Part shown: piece by piece, positions 1 through 9,621 of the stretch
How positions within the stretch are numbered: the first letter of the stretch is position 1
How the letters are laid out: each line of letters begins with the position of its first letter
From: an uncultured Ruminococcus sp.
Lineage (GTDB): Bacteria > Bacillota > Clostridia > Oscillospirales > Ruminococcaceae
Reading direction: 5' to 3'
Length of the DNA: 64,000 nucleotides
Assembly: GCF_946415235.1 (NCBI RefSeq)
Contig: NZ_CAMKRR010000009.1
Coordinates: 1,276-65,275 of the forward strand
Notes under the pieces: model-generated
Seen by the model: only the letters and a program-made list of their open reading frames with translations
What the model was told of the DNA's origin: nothing
Databases searched by the model: none
Position numbers and translations under genes: made by a program

Positions 1-519
1 TATATCTACCTTTCCGATGATCTTATAACACTTCGCGGCAGAAAGTATCACAGCAAGCGAAATCACCTTGCAAGATTCAATGAGCTTGGTGCGGATTACT
101 CTTTTATGACAGAGAGAGACTTTGATGACTGTATCACATTCAGTACTCTGGAATATAACAGCAGATCTGCTGAAACCGACCATTCATTCGTTGCCGAACA
201 GTATGCCATCAACACATATTTCAATTATTTCGGAGAGCTCGGACTTCAGGGCGGTGTTATCCGTATTGACGGAAATGTCGCGGCATTTACTATCGGAGAC
301 AGACTTAATAACGATACATTCTGCGTACACATCGAAAAAGCCGATACCCGCTTCAACGGTATATACGCAGGTATAAACAACTGCTTTGCAGGATCTGCGG
401 CAAGCGGATATAAATATATTAACCGTGAAGAGGATCTCGGGATAGAGGGTCTTCGAAAGGCAAAGCAGTCCTATCACCCCGCCTTTCTCCTCAAAAAATA
501 TACAGTTACTTTTAAATGA
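1..519 (+). CDS. DUF2156-domain protein (aminoacyl-phosphatidylglycerol synthase C-terminal-like GNAT fold), 5' truncated by window edge
   Basis: Frame is open from base 1 (YIYLSDDLITLRGRKYHSKRNHLARFN) into ORF 106..519. Motifs L.G.KY..KRNH, HIEKA, YINREEDLGIEGLRKAKQSYHP are typical of DUF2156. Confidence 0.85.
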   Translation, partial: YIYLSDDLITLRGRKYHSKRNHLARFNELGADYSFMTERDFDDCITFSTLEYNSRSAETDHSFVAEQYAINTYFNYFGELGLQGGVIRIDGNVAAFTIGDRLNNDTFCVHIEKADTRFNGIYAGINNCFAGSAASGYKYINREEDLGIEGLRKAKQSYHPAFLLKKYTVTFK

Positions 520-532
520 AAGGAAAAATAAA

Positions 533-1075
533 ATGATATATGTTTTTCTCGCAAACGGATTTGAAGAGACGGAAGCTATCGCTCCTATTGATCTGCTCAG
601 ACGCGCAGGGAAAAAGGTAATAACAGTCGGCGTAGGCGACAATATTATTGTGGGCTCACACGGTATATCCGTTGTGACTGATACTATAGCTCAGGAAGCC
701 CCTCTCACAGACGAGCTTGAAATGATAGTTCTTCCGGGTGGCATGCCGGGAACTCTCAATCTTGAGAAGTCTGACTATGTACAGGCTGCCATAGATTACT
801 GTGTTTCAAACGGAAAATATATCGGTGCTATATGCGCTGCTCCATCAATACTTGGACACAAGGGACTCCTCAGAGGAAAGACTGCTGTCTGCTACGAAGG
901 CTTTGAAACTCAGCTTGAGGGTGCAAACATCGGAAGCAGCGGTGTTGCCGAGGACGGCATATTCATTACCGCAAGAGGCGCAGGCGTTGCTGTGGACTTC
1001 GGTCTCAAGCTTGTGGAAAAAGTTCATTCAAAGGAAGAAAGCCGCCGACAGCGTAATGCTATCTTATGTGACTGA
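533..1075 (+). CDS. DJ-1/PfpI (ThiJ/YajL) family glyoxalase/deglycase
   Basis: Motifs GFEETEA, LPGGMPG, AICAAP (nucleophile-elbow Cys), ITARGAG; RBS gaaagga. Confidence 0.92.
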   Translation: MIYVFLANGFEETEAIAPIDLLRRAGKKVITVGVGDNIIVGSHGISVVTDTIAQEAPLTDELEMIVLPGGMPGTLNLEKSDYVQAAIDYCVSNGKYIGAICAAPSILGHKGLLRGKTAVCYEGFETQLEGANIGSSGVAEDGIFITARGAGVAVDFGLKLVEKVHSKEESRRQRNAILCD

Positions 1076-1077
1076 TT

Positions 1078-1638
1078 ATGGATAATAAAAAAGAATTACG
1101 AAAAGAATTTTCACATCTTCGTGCGGAAATACGCGATAAGGTATCCAAGGATATGGATATCACGGAGCGTCTTCTGCAGGAAGAAAAAGTACTTGAAGCG
1201 GATACCATAATGCTTTACGCTTCGTTCGGCTCGGAAGTCGACACGTATCTGCTGATAGACAAGCTTATAGAAATAGGGAAAAATGTTGCCCTCCCCAAAT
1301 GCGGTCCCGAGCGCTCTATGACATTTCATCTGATTGGCTCGGTCGCTGATCTTCACGAGGGTATGTACCGTATCCCTGAGCCTGACAGTGCTCTTCCCCA
1401 GCCCGAAATGACTAATGATACCGTATGTATCATCCCGGGGCTTGCTTTTACCGAGGACGGCGGACGTCTCGGATACGGCGGAGGATATTATGATGAATTT
1501 ATCCTCGCTCACCCGAACCTTTATACGATCGGGCTTTCTTATGAAGAACTGATCGTTGAGCAGCTGCCGCTCATGCAGCATGACCTTAAGGTCGATCTTA
1601 TTGTAACAGAAGAAAGGACGGTGCTCTGCAATGACTGA
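1078..1638 (+). CDS. 5-formyltetrahydrofolate cyclo-ligase
   Basis: K..LRK start, Y.SFGSEV.T, IIPGLAF...G.RLGYGGGYYD, HD..VD.IVTE. Confidence 0.93.
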   Translation: MDNKKELRKEFSHLRAEIRDKVSKDMDITERLLQEEKVLEADTIMLYASFGSEVDTYLLIDKLIEIGKNVALPKCGPERSMTFHLIGSVADLHEGMYRIPEPDSALPQPEMTNDTVCIIPGLAFTEDGGRLGYGGGYYDEFILAHPNLYTIGLSYEELIVEQLPLMQHDLKVDLIVTEERTVLCND

Positions 1639-3169
1639 TAATAACGATATGATAAATGACATACTCAATCAGCTTGACAAAGAAAAAGCAGAGTCTGAAA
1701 ATAATAACGCAAATCCTGCTGCCGATACCGCTGAAAAAAATGATGATCAGCTTTCGGACACAAAGGATTTCGGCAGAAAATTTGCCGACACTCCCGATAT
1801 ATCGGCTGCTGCCGCTGAAAGGAGAAGCGAAGCTCCTGCTCCCGTAAGGCGAAATATAAGCAGCTCACCTCGTCCTGTCGGCAGAGCCGCTTCGGAAGGC
1901 TCCCACGAAAGACCTCAGGTGTCTCAGCGTCCGGGATCTCAATATCACATCAGCAACGACGACGTTCCTGTTCGCAATATTGCAGCTGTAAAACGCAATA
2001 CAGCTCACCACAAAAAGAAAAAGAAGAAAAAGAGCAGCAACAGACTTCCGGGTGTACTCATCCTGACTGTTTTCATTTTCGGTCTGTCCATCTGCCTTTC
2101 GCTCGTAATAATCGCATTCGGCAAGGATGTGCTCGGAATAGGCAAGGACGATTCCACAAAAATGATAACCATACCCGAAGGTGCCACATCTGACGACGTC
2201 TCGCAGCTCCTTTACGACGAGGGTATCATCAATTCACCCAAATGCTTCCGTCTTTTCTCAAAATTAAGGAACGATTCCGACAATTATCTCGCAGGAGAGC
2301 ATTTCGTAAGCCCGAATATGGCATACGAAACTATAATAAAAAATCTTACAACTTATGAGGACGAGGAGCAGAAGGAATCTGTTACCATTACATTTGTTGA
2401 AGGAATCAATATTTTTGAAGCTGCGGATCTGCTCCAGGAACAGGGAGTCTGCAACGCCTCTGATTTCATATACGCTTTCAATGCGGGCGGTTACGGATTT
2501 GATTTTGAAGAGGAACTCCCAAAGGATCACAATCCTCTGAAATTTGCGGACGGCAGAATGGAAGGCTACTTATTCCCCGATACCTATACATTCACTGTGG
2601 ATATGGAGCCCGAACAGGTATGCCAGAAAATATACTATAACTTCAATCAAAAGATCAGCGACAATAACCGCCTCAAGAGAATGAAGGAACTCGGATTGTC
2701 ACTCGATCAGCTCATTACTCTTGCTTCGATCGTTCAGAAGGAAGCTCCGTTCCGTGAGGATATGAACCATGTAGCAGGTGTATTCTGGAATCGTCTCGAA
2801 AAGCCAGAAGCCGAAACAGCAGGCTTCCTCCAGTCTGACCCGACTTCAAATTATTCCAAGTACGTTATAAAAACGCGCCTTGCAGTTCCCAACAAGGAAA
2901 TGATCGATGCCTACGATACGTATATAAGCAAGGGACTTCCTCCGGGAGCTATCTCAAATCCCGGACTTGACGCTATTGACGCTGTTCTTCAGAAAATGCA
3001 GACTGACGATTTCTATTTCGTTGCAAATATCTATACACGTGAGACCTTCTTCACAAAGACTCTTGATGAGCACAATGCAAAGGAGGAAGAGGTCAAGGCT
3101 GCTGTAGCGGCATACGAAGCTGAACAGGCAATACTCAAGGAACAGGAGGAAGCTAATGCAGCTGAATAA
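1631..3169 (+). CDS. mltG: Endolytic transglycosylase MltG (YceG-like) with long disordered N-terminus and one TM helix
   Basis: EGYLFPDTY, TLASIVQKEA, VFWNRL, LQSDPT, YDTY...GLPPGAISNPGLDAIDAVL, FYFV; poly-K followed by hydrophobic TM. Confidence 0.92.
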   Translation: MTDNNDMINDILNQLDKEKAESENNNANPAADTAEKNDDQLSDTKDFGRKFADTPDISAAAAERRSEAPAPVRRNISSSPRPVGRAASEGSHERPQVSQRPGSQYHISNDDVPVRNIAAVKRNTAHHKKKKKKKSSNRLPGVLILTVFIFGLSICLSLVIIAFGKDVLGIGKDDSTKMITIPEGATSDDVSQLLYDEGIINSPKCFRLFSKLRNDSDNYLAGEHFVSPNMAYETIIKNLTTYEDEEQKESVTITFVEGINIFEAADLLQEQGVCNASDFIYAFNAGGYGFDFEEELPKDHNPLKFADGRMEGYLFPDTYTFTVDMEPEQVCQKIYYNFNQKISDNNRLKRMKELGLSLDQLITLASIVQKEAPFREDMNHVAGVFWNRLEKPEAETAGFLQSDPTSNYSKYVIKTRLAVPNKEMIDAYDTYISKGLPPGAISNPGLDAIDAVLQKMQTDDFYFVANIYTRETFFTKTLDEHNAKEEEVKAAVAAYEAEQAILKEQEEANAAE

Positions 3170-4379
3170 TCTTGAGGTCCTTGCTCCCGCAGGCGATGAA
3201 GAACGCTTTAACGCCGCCATCGACTACGGAGCTGACGCTGTATACCTCGGACGAAAGCAGTTCGGAATGCGCGCTTCACCGATGAATTTCGATTATGAGC
3301 AGCTGTGCAATGCTGTACAGACTGCTCATGACCGCAATATAAAAGTATACCTTACCTGTAATACGCTCCCGAGGAACAATGAGATCCCTTTATTTGAGCA
3401 GTTCGTAAAAGAGGCGGTAGATGCTAAGGTAGATGCGCTTATAGTTGCTGATATCGGTCTGCTTTCCCTGATAAAGAAATATGCTCCCGATATGGAGATT
3501 CATATTTCCACTCAGACCGGCATCGTCAATTACGTTACCGCAAGGGAATTATACAATATGGGAGCGAAAAGAGTAGTTCTTGCAAGAGAGCTTTCGCTTG
3601 ATGAAATTGCGGAAATTAGAGCTAAAACAAGCAGCGATCTCGATATCGAGACCTTCGTGCACGGTGCAATGTGTGTTTCATTTTCGGGAAGATGCTTATT
3701 GTCACAGTACCTTGTGAACAGGGACGCGAACCGCGGTGAATGTGCTCAGCCATGCAGGTGGGGCTACCACCTTATGGAGGAAAAGCGTCCGAACGAGTTC
3801 TTCCCTGTTTTTGAAGATGAAAAAGGCACATATATCCTTAATTCAAAGGATATGTGCATGATAGAGCATATAGACAAGCTTGCAAAGGCAGGTGTTACAA
3901 GTCTTAAGATCGAGGGCAGGGCGAAATCTGCATATTATGTCGCTGTTGTAACCAATGCGTACAGAATGGCAGTCGATCATTATTACAAGGCTCCTGATAA
4001 CTTCATTCTCCCTGACTGGATTAGAGATGAAGTATATAAAGTGAGTCACAGGAAGTACTGCAACGGATTCTTCTTCGGAGTTCCAGAGGAATCACAGTAC
4101 TACGAAAACAGCGGTTATATCCGCAATTATGACGTTGTTGCGGTAGTTGAAAGCTGTGAAAACGGCACTGTATACTGTTCTCAGAGAAACCGTTTCTTCG
4201 CGGGAGATAAGGTAGAAATACTTGCTCCCTCACAGAAGCCTGCTGAACTTGTACTTGACAAGCTTTATGATGAAAATGGCGAAGAGATCGAAACTGCAAA
4301 CCATGCAATGATGAAGTTTTCATTCAGATCTGATCTCGTTTTCCCCAAAGGCACTGTTATCAGAAAAGAAACTACATAA
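3156..4379 (+). CDS. U32 family protein (TrhP/YrrO-like Fe-S tRNA hydroxylase family)
   Basis: EVLAPAG, GADAVY, HGAMCVSFSGRC, NRGECAQPCR, SLKIEGR; usual position downstream of mltG. Confidence 0.9.
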   Translation: MQLNNLEVLAPAGDEERFNAAIDYGADAVYLGRKQFGMRASPMNFDYEQLCNAVQTAHDRNIKVYLTCNTLPRNNEIPLFEQFVKEAVDAKVDALIVADIGLLSLIKKYAPDMEIHISTQTGIVNYVTARELYNMGAKRVVLARELSLDEIAEIRAKTSSDLDIETFVHGAMCVSFSGRCLLSQYLVNRDANRGECAQPCRWGYHLMEEKRPNEFFPVFEDEKGTYILNSKDMCMIEHIDKLAKAGVTSLKIEGRAKSAYYVAVVTNAYRMAVDHYYKAPDNFILPDWIRDEVYKVSHRKYCNGFFFGVPEESQYYENSGYIRNYDVVAVVESCENGTVYCSQRNRFFAGDKVEILAPSQKPAELVLDKLYDENGEEIETANHAMMKFSFRSDLVFPKGTVIRKETT

Positions 4380-4383
4380 AATT

Positions 4384-4414
4384 AAGGCTGATACATATTG
4401 TATCAGCCTTTTTT
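4384..4414. terminator. Bidirectional intrinsic terminator
   Basis: 12-bp stem aaggctgataca/tgtatcagcctt with tat loop and T-tract, between convergent genes. Confidence 0.85.
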
Positions 4415-4418
4415 GCAC

Positions 4419-4844
4419 TTATTTTTCTATCTTTTTGTAGTTTTTGTAGCCAAGCTCATCAAGTCGGTCCGTAAGCTTGTCCACTGTATTCTTTGCAGCG
4501 GTATCGTCAATTGTTACTTCAATCTGAACATCTTTTTCTTTTGAAGATATTTCCTTTATAAGTTCATCAAAAGAAAGCATACTGTTATTATAAACATATT
4601 CATTCTTTGAAATTGATATACTGATTACCTCTGCATTTGTTTTCCCTTCTGTTTCCTTTTCTGTTACTTTTTCTGATGTGATAGGTTCGGTCTTATCAGC
4701 TACTTCTGATACGCTTGTATCATTTTTTTCCTCACCTTTCTCTGATTTTTTTCCAAAGCCTCCAAATCCTTTAAAATGTAATAGCAGCAAAATAGCGGCT
4801 GCTATTAACGCTACAACTAAAACTATTGCTAAAAACTTTTTCAT
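4419..4844 (-). CDS. Membrane-anchored protein with ExbD/TolR-like extracytoplasmic domain
   Basis: N-terminal hydrophobic anchor, charged linker, then ISISISKNEYVYNN..LSFDELIKEI....VQIEVTIDDTA...TVDKLTDRLDELG, resembling the ExbD soluble fold. Confidence 0.55.
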   Translation of the reverse strand: MKKFLAIVLVVALIAAAILLLLHFKGFGGFGKKSEKGEEKNDTSVSEVADKTEPITSEKVTEKETEGKTNAEVISISISKNEYVYNNSMLSFDELIKEISSKEKDVQIEVTIDDTAAKNTVDKLTDRLDELGYKNYKKIEK

Positions 4845-4854
4845 ATAAATTACC

Positions 4855-5454
4855 TCACTTGTTTAAATTTGAAAAATATAGATTAGGATATTCGCGCTGA
4901 ATATCATCTATTGCTTCATCAATTGCTCTAAAAGCTTTTGCTGTGCCGTATTGTTCGCCATTATATGAAAGAATACAAAGATATGTATCATCAGTTGAAA
5001 ATCCCGATTGTTTCAAAATATCTTTGATTGAACCTTTTATATCATCAGTTTCTTTGGAATTAATTTCACAACGCATTTTTTTGCCATACGTAATAGTTAA
5101 GTTCCAGTTATCACTTTTATCGATAACTTCAAGGCGGAAATCAAAATACTCTCCTTTATCAAATGAATTCAATGCTTGCTGATTAGCAGCAGCATTTTCA
5201 TCCATTGATTCTATTCGGTTCCATTCCTTTGAAGCCTCTTCCCGCCATTCTTCTTGTTCCTTTTCATTTTCAAGCTGTTTTCTTTCGTTTTCCTCAATAA
5301 GCTCATTATACGAAGCTTCTGCTCTTTTGGCCTTATTAGTTACTTCCTCAGTGTCAATTGTACTGTATAAAACAAAAAAGAAAAGAATAATCATTATTAC
5401 GTCAAGCAAAGAAGTAAAATCAAGAATAACCTCACGTATTTTCATATTCTCCAC
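4855..5454 (-). CDS. ExbD/TolR/MotB-like single-TM protein with coiled coil
   Basis: ILDFTSLLDVIMIILFFFVL matches the ExbD/TolR TM signature (N/D)LTPL(I/L)DV..VLL.FF with the conserved Asp; start overlaps the upstream stop. Confidence 0.65.
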   Translation of the reverse strand: MENMKIREVILDFTSLLDVIMIILFFFVLYSTIDTEEVTNKAKRAEASYNELIEENERKQLENEKEQEEWREEASKEWNRIESMDENAAANQQALNSFDKGEYFDFRLEVIDKSDNWNLTITYGKKMRCEINSKETDDIKGSIKDILKQSGFSTDDTYLCILSYNGEQYGTAKAFRAIDEAIDDIQREYPNLYFSNLNK

Positions 5455-5963
5455 CTTGATTTATTCTTAAGTGATTCATCAATACCATATTTAATAAGTT
5501 TTTTCTTTAAAGACAAAAGTCTCTGTATTAAATCCTCAACATCAGCAAAATAATAAGCATTAACAATTTTATAACCAACGGCAAAAATAATGCCCCATGT
5601 TGTCGAAGTCAAAGCATCTAAAAAACTACTTTGTGCAGCATTAATCGCCGCTGTATCATTCATATCAATACTAAGAAGTGCAATAACTGTGCCAAACATT
5701 CCTAAAAGAGGGAAAATAGAAATCAAGGTTATAAAAACTGTATAACTTCTGTTTAAATGTTTATAGCTATCGAATATTTTATTGTTTTTTTCAGGATTAT
5801 TTGATAATTCGTCACTTTTTTCTTCCCAATCAAATATATCATTATCAACAAGATTTCTTAGTTTATTAACTTTTAAAACAACATACAATGTTATAAAGCC
5901 AAAAATCAATATATACATGTCAGATGAAATGATGCTTTTTAATAATTTTGCGATAATATTCAT
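5442..5963 (-). CDS. MotA/TolQ/ExbB proton-channel family protein
   Basis: ISIFPLLGMFGTVIALL and ALTSTTWGIIFAV match the family's last two TM helices. Confidence 0.85.
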   Translation of the reverse strand: MNIIAKLLKSIISSDMYILIFGFITLYVVLKVNKLRNLVDNDIFDWEEKSDELSNNPEKNNKIFDSYKHLNRSYTVFITLISIFPLLGMFGTVIALLSIDMNDTAAINAAQSSFLDALTSTTWGIIFAVGYKIVNAYYFADVEDLIQRLLSLKKKLIKYGIDESLKNKSRWRI

Positions 5964-5981
5964 TATATCACCTCATCTCCT

Positions 5982-6010
5982 ATTATACAGCATAAAACAA
6001 CAAAATGCAA
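5982..6010 (-). promoter_or_regulatory. SigA-type promoter for the ExbB/ExbD-like trio
   Basis: Minus strand TTGCAT-17 nt-TATAAT, then RBS gaggtga. Confidence 0.7.
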
Positions 6011-6030
6011 GATATTTTACGAATAACAAT

Positions 6031-6053
6031 AAAAAACTCCGCCAAAGCGGAGC
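6031..6053 (-). terminator. Intrinsic terminator
   Basis: Minus strand gctccgc-ttt-ggcggag followed by T6, just after the stop at 6063. Confidence 0.65.
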
Positions 6054-6062
6054 AAAATGAGC

Positions 6063-7094
6063 TTATTCGGTTTGCTTTTTTTCTCTTTTCATATTGATTA
6101 TATGCACTGCAAAGGTAACTCCAGCACCGAGAAGAAGTATCAGATAGAATGTAAGTCCTCGGCTGATGAGAAGCGCAGGTTTTACGAGTTCGACGCCAAA
6201 TATATCGGTAAAAGCCAGAAGGAAGCAGCCTTCAGAAATACCTGCCGCCCCGGGGAGCGGAAGCATTTCCACTGCAACTCCAATAAGGATCTGGAGTGTC
6301 AGGATATCAATAAATCTCGTACTGCTCAGTCCGTATGCCCTGTAAACTATCCACGTAATACTGAAAAGACAAATCCTTTGCGCCGCTGTGATAAGAAAGA
6401 CCTTGAACACAACAGAAAGGTTACGCTTGATATAATCAGCTCCCATAGCATAGGTATCACATATCCTTATGAGCTTTTCGGTATATTTTTCCTTGTTTTT
6501 CCTTTTCATTATCCTGATCTTCGTGAGCAGATCAACGACCTTTATGCCAAGAGCTCTTGCCCAAATGGGCTTTATAAATATCAGCAGAAGAGCAGCTATG
6601 AACGAAAGATTAAGAACAAACCCGAGAACGATCAGCCATTTCATATCTCCGGCGTATTGTCTCACTACATCAAAATTAAACGCAAGAAATCCAAGCGCCA
6701 TAAGAACAAGGACCGATTTATATGCTATAGTAATAAGAAGCATGATAAGCGTGGAATATCCGATCTTGATCTTGTCTTTTTTCATATGATACATCTGCAT
6801 CGGCTGACCGCCTGTGGACGAAGGCGTGATATAACTGAAAAAGAAACCGATAAACGAATATTTAAGGCATTTAAGAAAGCTCGTTCTCTGTTCGAGCACC
6901 CTGAGCATATAATGTATGATACTCGCTTCACCTGCAACAAACAGTACGGCAGCGCAAGCTCCCAAGGCGATCCACCGCGGCTTTGCACCTTTCAGATCGC
7001 GGATTATCTCGGGGAGCTCCTGCTCTTTAAAGATGAGATGGAGCGTAAAAAACGTTATAACAAGAATAAGACCGACATTCAACGCATATTTCAT
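6063..7094 (-). CDS. Lysylphosphatidylglycerol synthase TM-domain / YbhN (UPF0104) flippase-like membrane protein
   Basis: Multi-TM protein with FFSYITPSSTGGQPMQMY and PLPGAAGISEG motifs. Confidence 0.88.
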   Translation of the reverse strand: MKYALNVGLILVITFFTLHLIFKEQELPEIIRDLKGAKPRWIALGACAAVLFVAGEASIIHYMLRVLEQRTSFLKCLKYSFIGFFFSYITPSSTGGQPMQMYHMKKDKIKIGYSTLIMLLITIAYKSVLVLMALGFLAFNFDVVRQYAGDMKWLIVLGFVLNLSFIAALLLIFIKPIWARALGIKVVDLLTKIRIMKRKNKEKYTEKLIRICDTYAMGADYIKRNLSVVFKVFLITAAQRICLFSITWIVYRAYGLSSTRFIDILTLQILIGVAVEMLPLPGAAGISEGCFLLAFTDIFGVELVKPALLISRGLTFYLILLLGAGVTFAVHIINMKREKKQTE

Positions 7095-7227
7095 TATTTT
7101 TTTAATAATGTCACCCCCGCGCGAATGATCAGAAATGTATAGTTAGCAACTTTAATTATATCATAACACTTCTTTAATGTCAATATTCATGGATATACGT
7201 ACATATAGTTGATAGCATTAACAATAT

Positions 7228-9426
7228 TTATGATTTCTTATTCAATATTTTACGTTTATACTCAAGTGCGGTCATTCCCGTTTTATTTTTAAAAAGCTTC
7301 ATAAAATACGACTGCTCTGTATATCCGCACTTTTCTGCGACCTCACATACGTTCAGGTTAGTGCTTACAAGAAGTCTTTCCGCAAGGGCTATCCTTGCTG
7401 AAATAACATCCGTATTAAAGCTTACATCGACATATTTCTTATAAATATGCTGAAAATATGACTGACTGAGACGAAGCTTTTCAGCTTCATCCGCCGCATT
7501 CCAGTTAAGCTGGGGTTCTTCGTAGATATTATCATGCAGTTCAAGAATTATCGACATATAGATATTTCCCGCAAATCTCTGAGGATCACGGCTGTCCTCA
7601 AGCTTGCGTACAAGCTCGCTTATAAGCTCCTCGGGAGCAGATATGCTGCTTGTAACAGCTGTAAAATGTGATATCATAGGCGAAAGCTGTATTTCCTGAT
7701 GCTTTTCTATCATTTTTATGTTGGATTTGAGCGTGTTTATGAAAAGCTGCCCCGGGAACTCAGAACCGTCGCACTCCCCTATTATAAGGAATTCGTCCCT
7801 GCTTATCCTTGCAGCGAGCTCACCTCTGATGCAGGAAAGATTTACTGCCTGTGCAAAGGAAACATATATCTTTTTCTGATGTTCCTCACCAAGACTTCGC
7901 CTTGTCTGCTCGATATCCTCTATACTGTACAGTACACCGAAGTAATCCTTATCGCCGTCAAGCTTCTCCATATGGGATATTATGCCTTTTCTGCTGAATA
8001 GTCCAGTAAGTATGTCGCGTTCGGAAAGTCTCTGTATCTTATCATTCAGATACTTCTCATGTTCAAGCATTCTAATCCGCTCTATGCTGTCAGCGGCGAT
8101 CTGACAGAATTCACCGTAAAACTGCTCGAAGACTATTTCTTTATAGCTGTATCTCCTTACGCAGTAGCCAAAACTGTTGTCAAGGTAATGCAGAGGGGTA
8201 CAAAAATACGTCCTCGGCTCGGGTACGATATCTTTTTCGGGAATAATGCTTTCAAGTCTGAAATCCTTCGGAGTAGGATCACCCTTATAATCAACATGAG
8301 TGACAATACACTTCATTTTCTTGGTATAGCCGCTTTTTCTGTCCGAGATCTCAGACTTATTGTCCGCAAACATATCCTCGCAAAGACATATAAAGAAATC
8401 CCCTGATACGTCGAGAAGGTACATATTTCTCAGCATTGCTTCCGAAAATTCTCTGATATCCTTTACATTGCTCATGATAGAGGAATAATTGCTGTGCATG
8501 AAAATATTGGCTCTCATAGCCTTATCAAGCATTTTTTGGCTGATATCTGCATTTTGTGCAAGACTCTCCCTGCATCCGCAACTCGCTCCTATCCGCAGAT
8601 ACGGGTGAGTATGTACAGTCCTGTGCTTCTTATCTCCGCTTATAAGCTCATGCAGCCTGCATACAGCGTTTACTGCATTTTCAAGATATGCACCGCTGAA
8701 TGAAGTAAGGGATGGCTGATAATAGTTAACGTCCGGGTTTCCGTCATATCCGCCGACCGATATTTCCTCGGGTATGCGTATACCGTTTTTTATAAGTGTA
8801 AGGCACAACTGTAAAGCCATGTAGTCGCTTCCGCAGACAATTGCCTGCGGTTTTTTCAGCTCTCCCGAAACTATTTTCTCAGCAAATTCAATTGCCTTTC
8901 CTATCCAGAAATCGCCGTAAAAGATATGGTCATTACAAACTGAAAGTCCGTTTTCGTTCAAAGCGTCCTTAAATCCTTTTATTCTCTCTTCCGAATGTAC
9001 TTCGCCCTCGGGACCGCTAAGACAGTAAATATCCGTAAATCCATGCACTTTTATAAAATGCTCTGTCAGCTTTCGGAAGCATTCCCTGTCGTTCTGGAGA
9101 CAATCCTCAAAATGACCGCTCTGAAAGTCGAGTGAAACTACAGGGATGGTTTTCTCCTTCAGCATATTATCAAGTTTCTGAGCAAGAGCACCGCTGTAAA
9201 ACGAGCCGAGGTCCACAACTGCTCCGTCGAATTTGAGCTGAAATATGAGCGAATAGATATTTTCATCGCCCTTCATATAGTCTCCCCCGTCATCATAGTT
9301 GACAAAATGAGTAAGAACTATAAGATCGTAGCCAAGCATAGCCGACTGCTCGGACATTACCTTTATCATGCTCGTCTGATAAAGCGTATCAGTGTTTGCC
9401 GTTATAAGAGCCAGTCTTTTTCGCAT
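7228..9426 (-). CDS. Transcription regulator: LacI-type sugar-binding domain + degenerate GGDEF + C-terminal AraC HTH
   Basis: Start MRKRL at 9426 after ggagg. Sensor motifs HF...HG...I..LSGP, FYGDFW, QAIVCGSDYMA, ISVGGYDG; DILTGLFSR...RISRDEF; LSQSYFQHIYKK and VAEKCGY...YFMKLFK.KTGMTALEY. Confidence 0.85.
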   Translation of the reverse strand: MRKRLALITANTDTLYQTSMIKVMSEQSAMLGYDLIVLTHFVNYDDGGDYMKGDENIYSLIFQLKFDGAVVDLGSFYSGALAQKLDNMLKEKTIPVVSLDFQSGHFEDCLQNDRECFRKLTEHFIKVHGFTDIYCLSGPEGEVHSEERIKGFKDALNENGLSVCNDHIFYGDFWIGKAIEFAEKIVSGELKKPQAIVCGSDYMALQLCLTLIKNGIRIPEEISVGGYDGNPDVNYYQPSLTSFSGAYLENAVNAVCRLHELISGDKKHRTVHTHPYLRIGASCGCRESLAQNADISQKMLDKAMRANIFMHSNYSSIMSNVKDIREFSEAMLRNMYLLDVSGDFFICLCEDMFADNKSEISDRKSGYTKKMKCIVTHVDYKGDPTPKDFRLESIIPEKDIVPEPRTYFCTPLHYLDNSFGYCVRRYSYKEIVFEQFYGEFCQIAADSIERIRMLEHEKYLNDKIQRLSERDILTGLFSRKGIISHMEKLDGDKDYFGVLYSIEDIEQTRRSLGEEHQKKIYVSFAQAVNLSCIRGELAARISRDEFLIIGECDGSEFPGQLFINTLKSNIKMIEKHQEIQLSPMISHFTAVTSSISAPEELISELVRKLEDSRDPQRFAGNIYMSIILELHDNIYEEPQLNWNAADEAEKLRLSQSYFQHIYKKYVDVSFNTDVISARIALAERLLVSTNLNVCEVAEKCGYTEQSYFMKLFKNKTGMTALEYKRKILNKKS

Positions 9427-9458
9427 ACCGCACCTCCTGTACAATATTCTTCATTCCC

Positions 9459-9487
9459 ATTATACTATATTATAATTCTGAAATCAA
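9459..9487 (-). promoter_or_regulatory. SigA-type promoter of the AraC hybrid regulator
   Basis: Minus strand TTGATT-17-TATAAT. Confidence 0.7.
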
Positions 9488-9530
9488 CACAAAAAAGCTG
9501 AAATGTACATAATTGTAATTTGATACAGCA

Positions 9531-9559
9531 TTGAATTATACACTTGCATATTATATAAT
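9531..9559 (+). promoter_or_regulatory. SigA-type promoter of the GH5 cellulase (back-to-back with the regulator promoter)
   Basis: TTGAAT-17-TATAAT. Confidence 0.65.
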
Positions 9560-9621
9560 ATAATCATAATAATGTTTATTTCAATACCGTGCATTTAATA
9601 AAAATGAAAGGACGAAGTACA

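Noticed and set aside
4419..5963. Zorya (ZorAB) or flagellar stator assignment for the MotA/ExbB trio
   Set aside because: The channel protein has no long ZorA tail, the partner has no recognisable OmpA-like peptidoglycan-binding motif, and there are no zorC/D/E or flagellar genes nearby.
6057..7142. 361-aa plus-strand ORF
   Set aside because: Antisense shadow of the YbhN-like membrane gene; no RBS and no recognisable domain. Long K/N-rich antisense frames are expected opposite hydrophobic genes.
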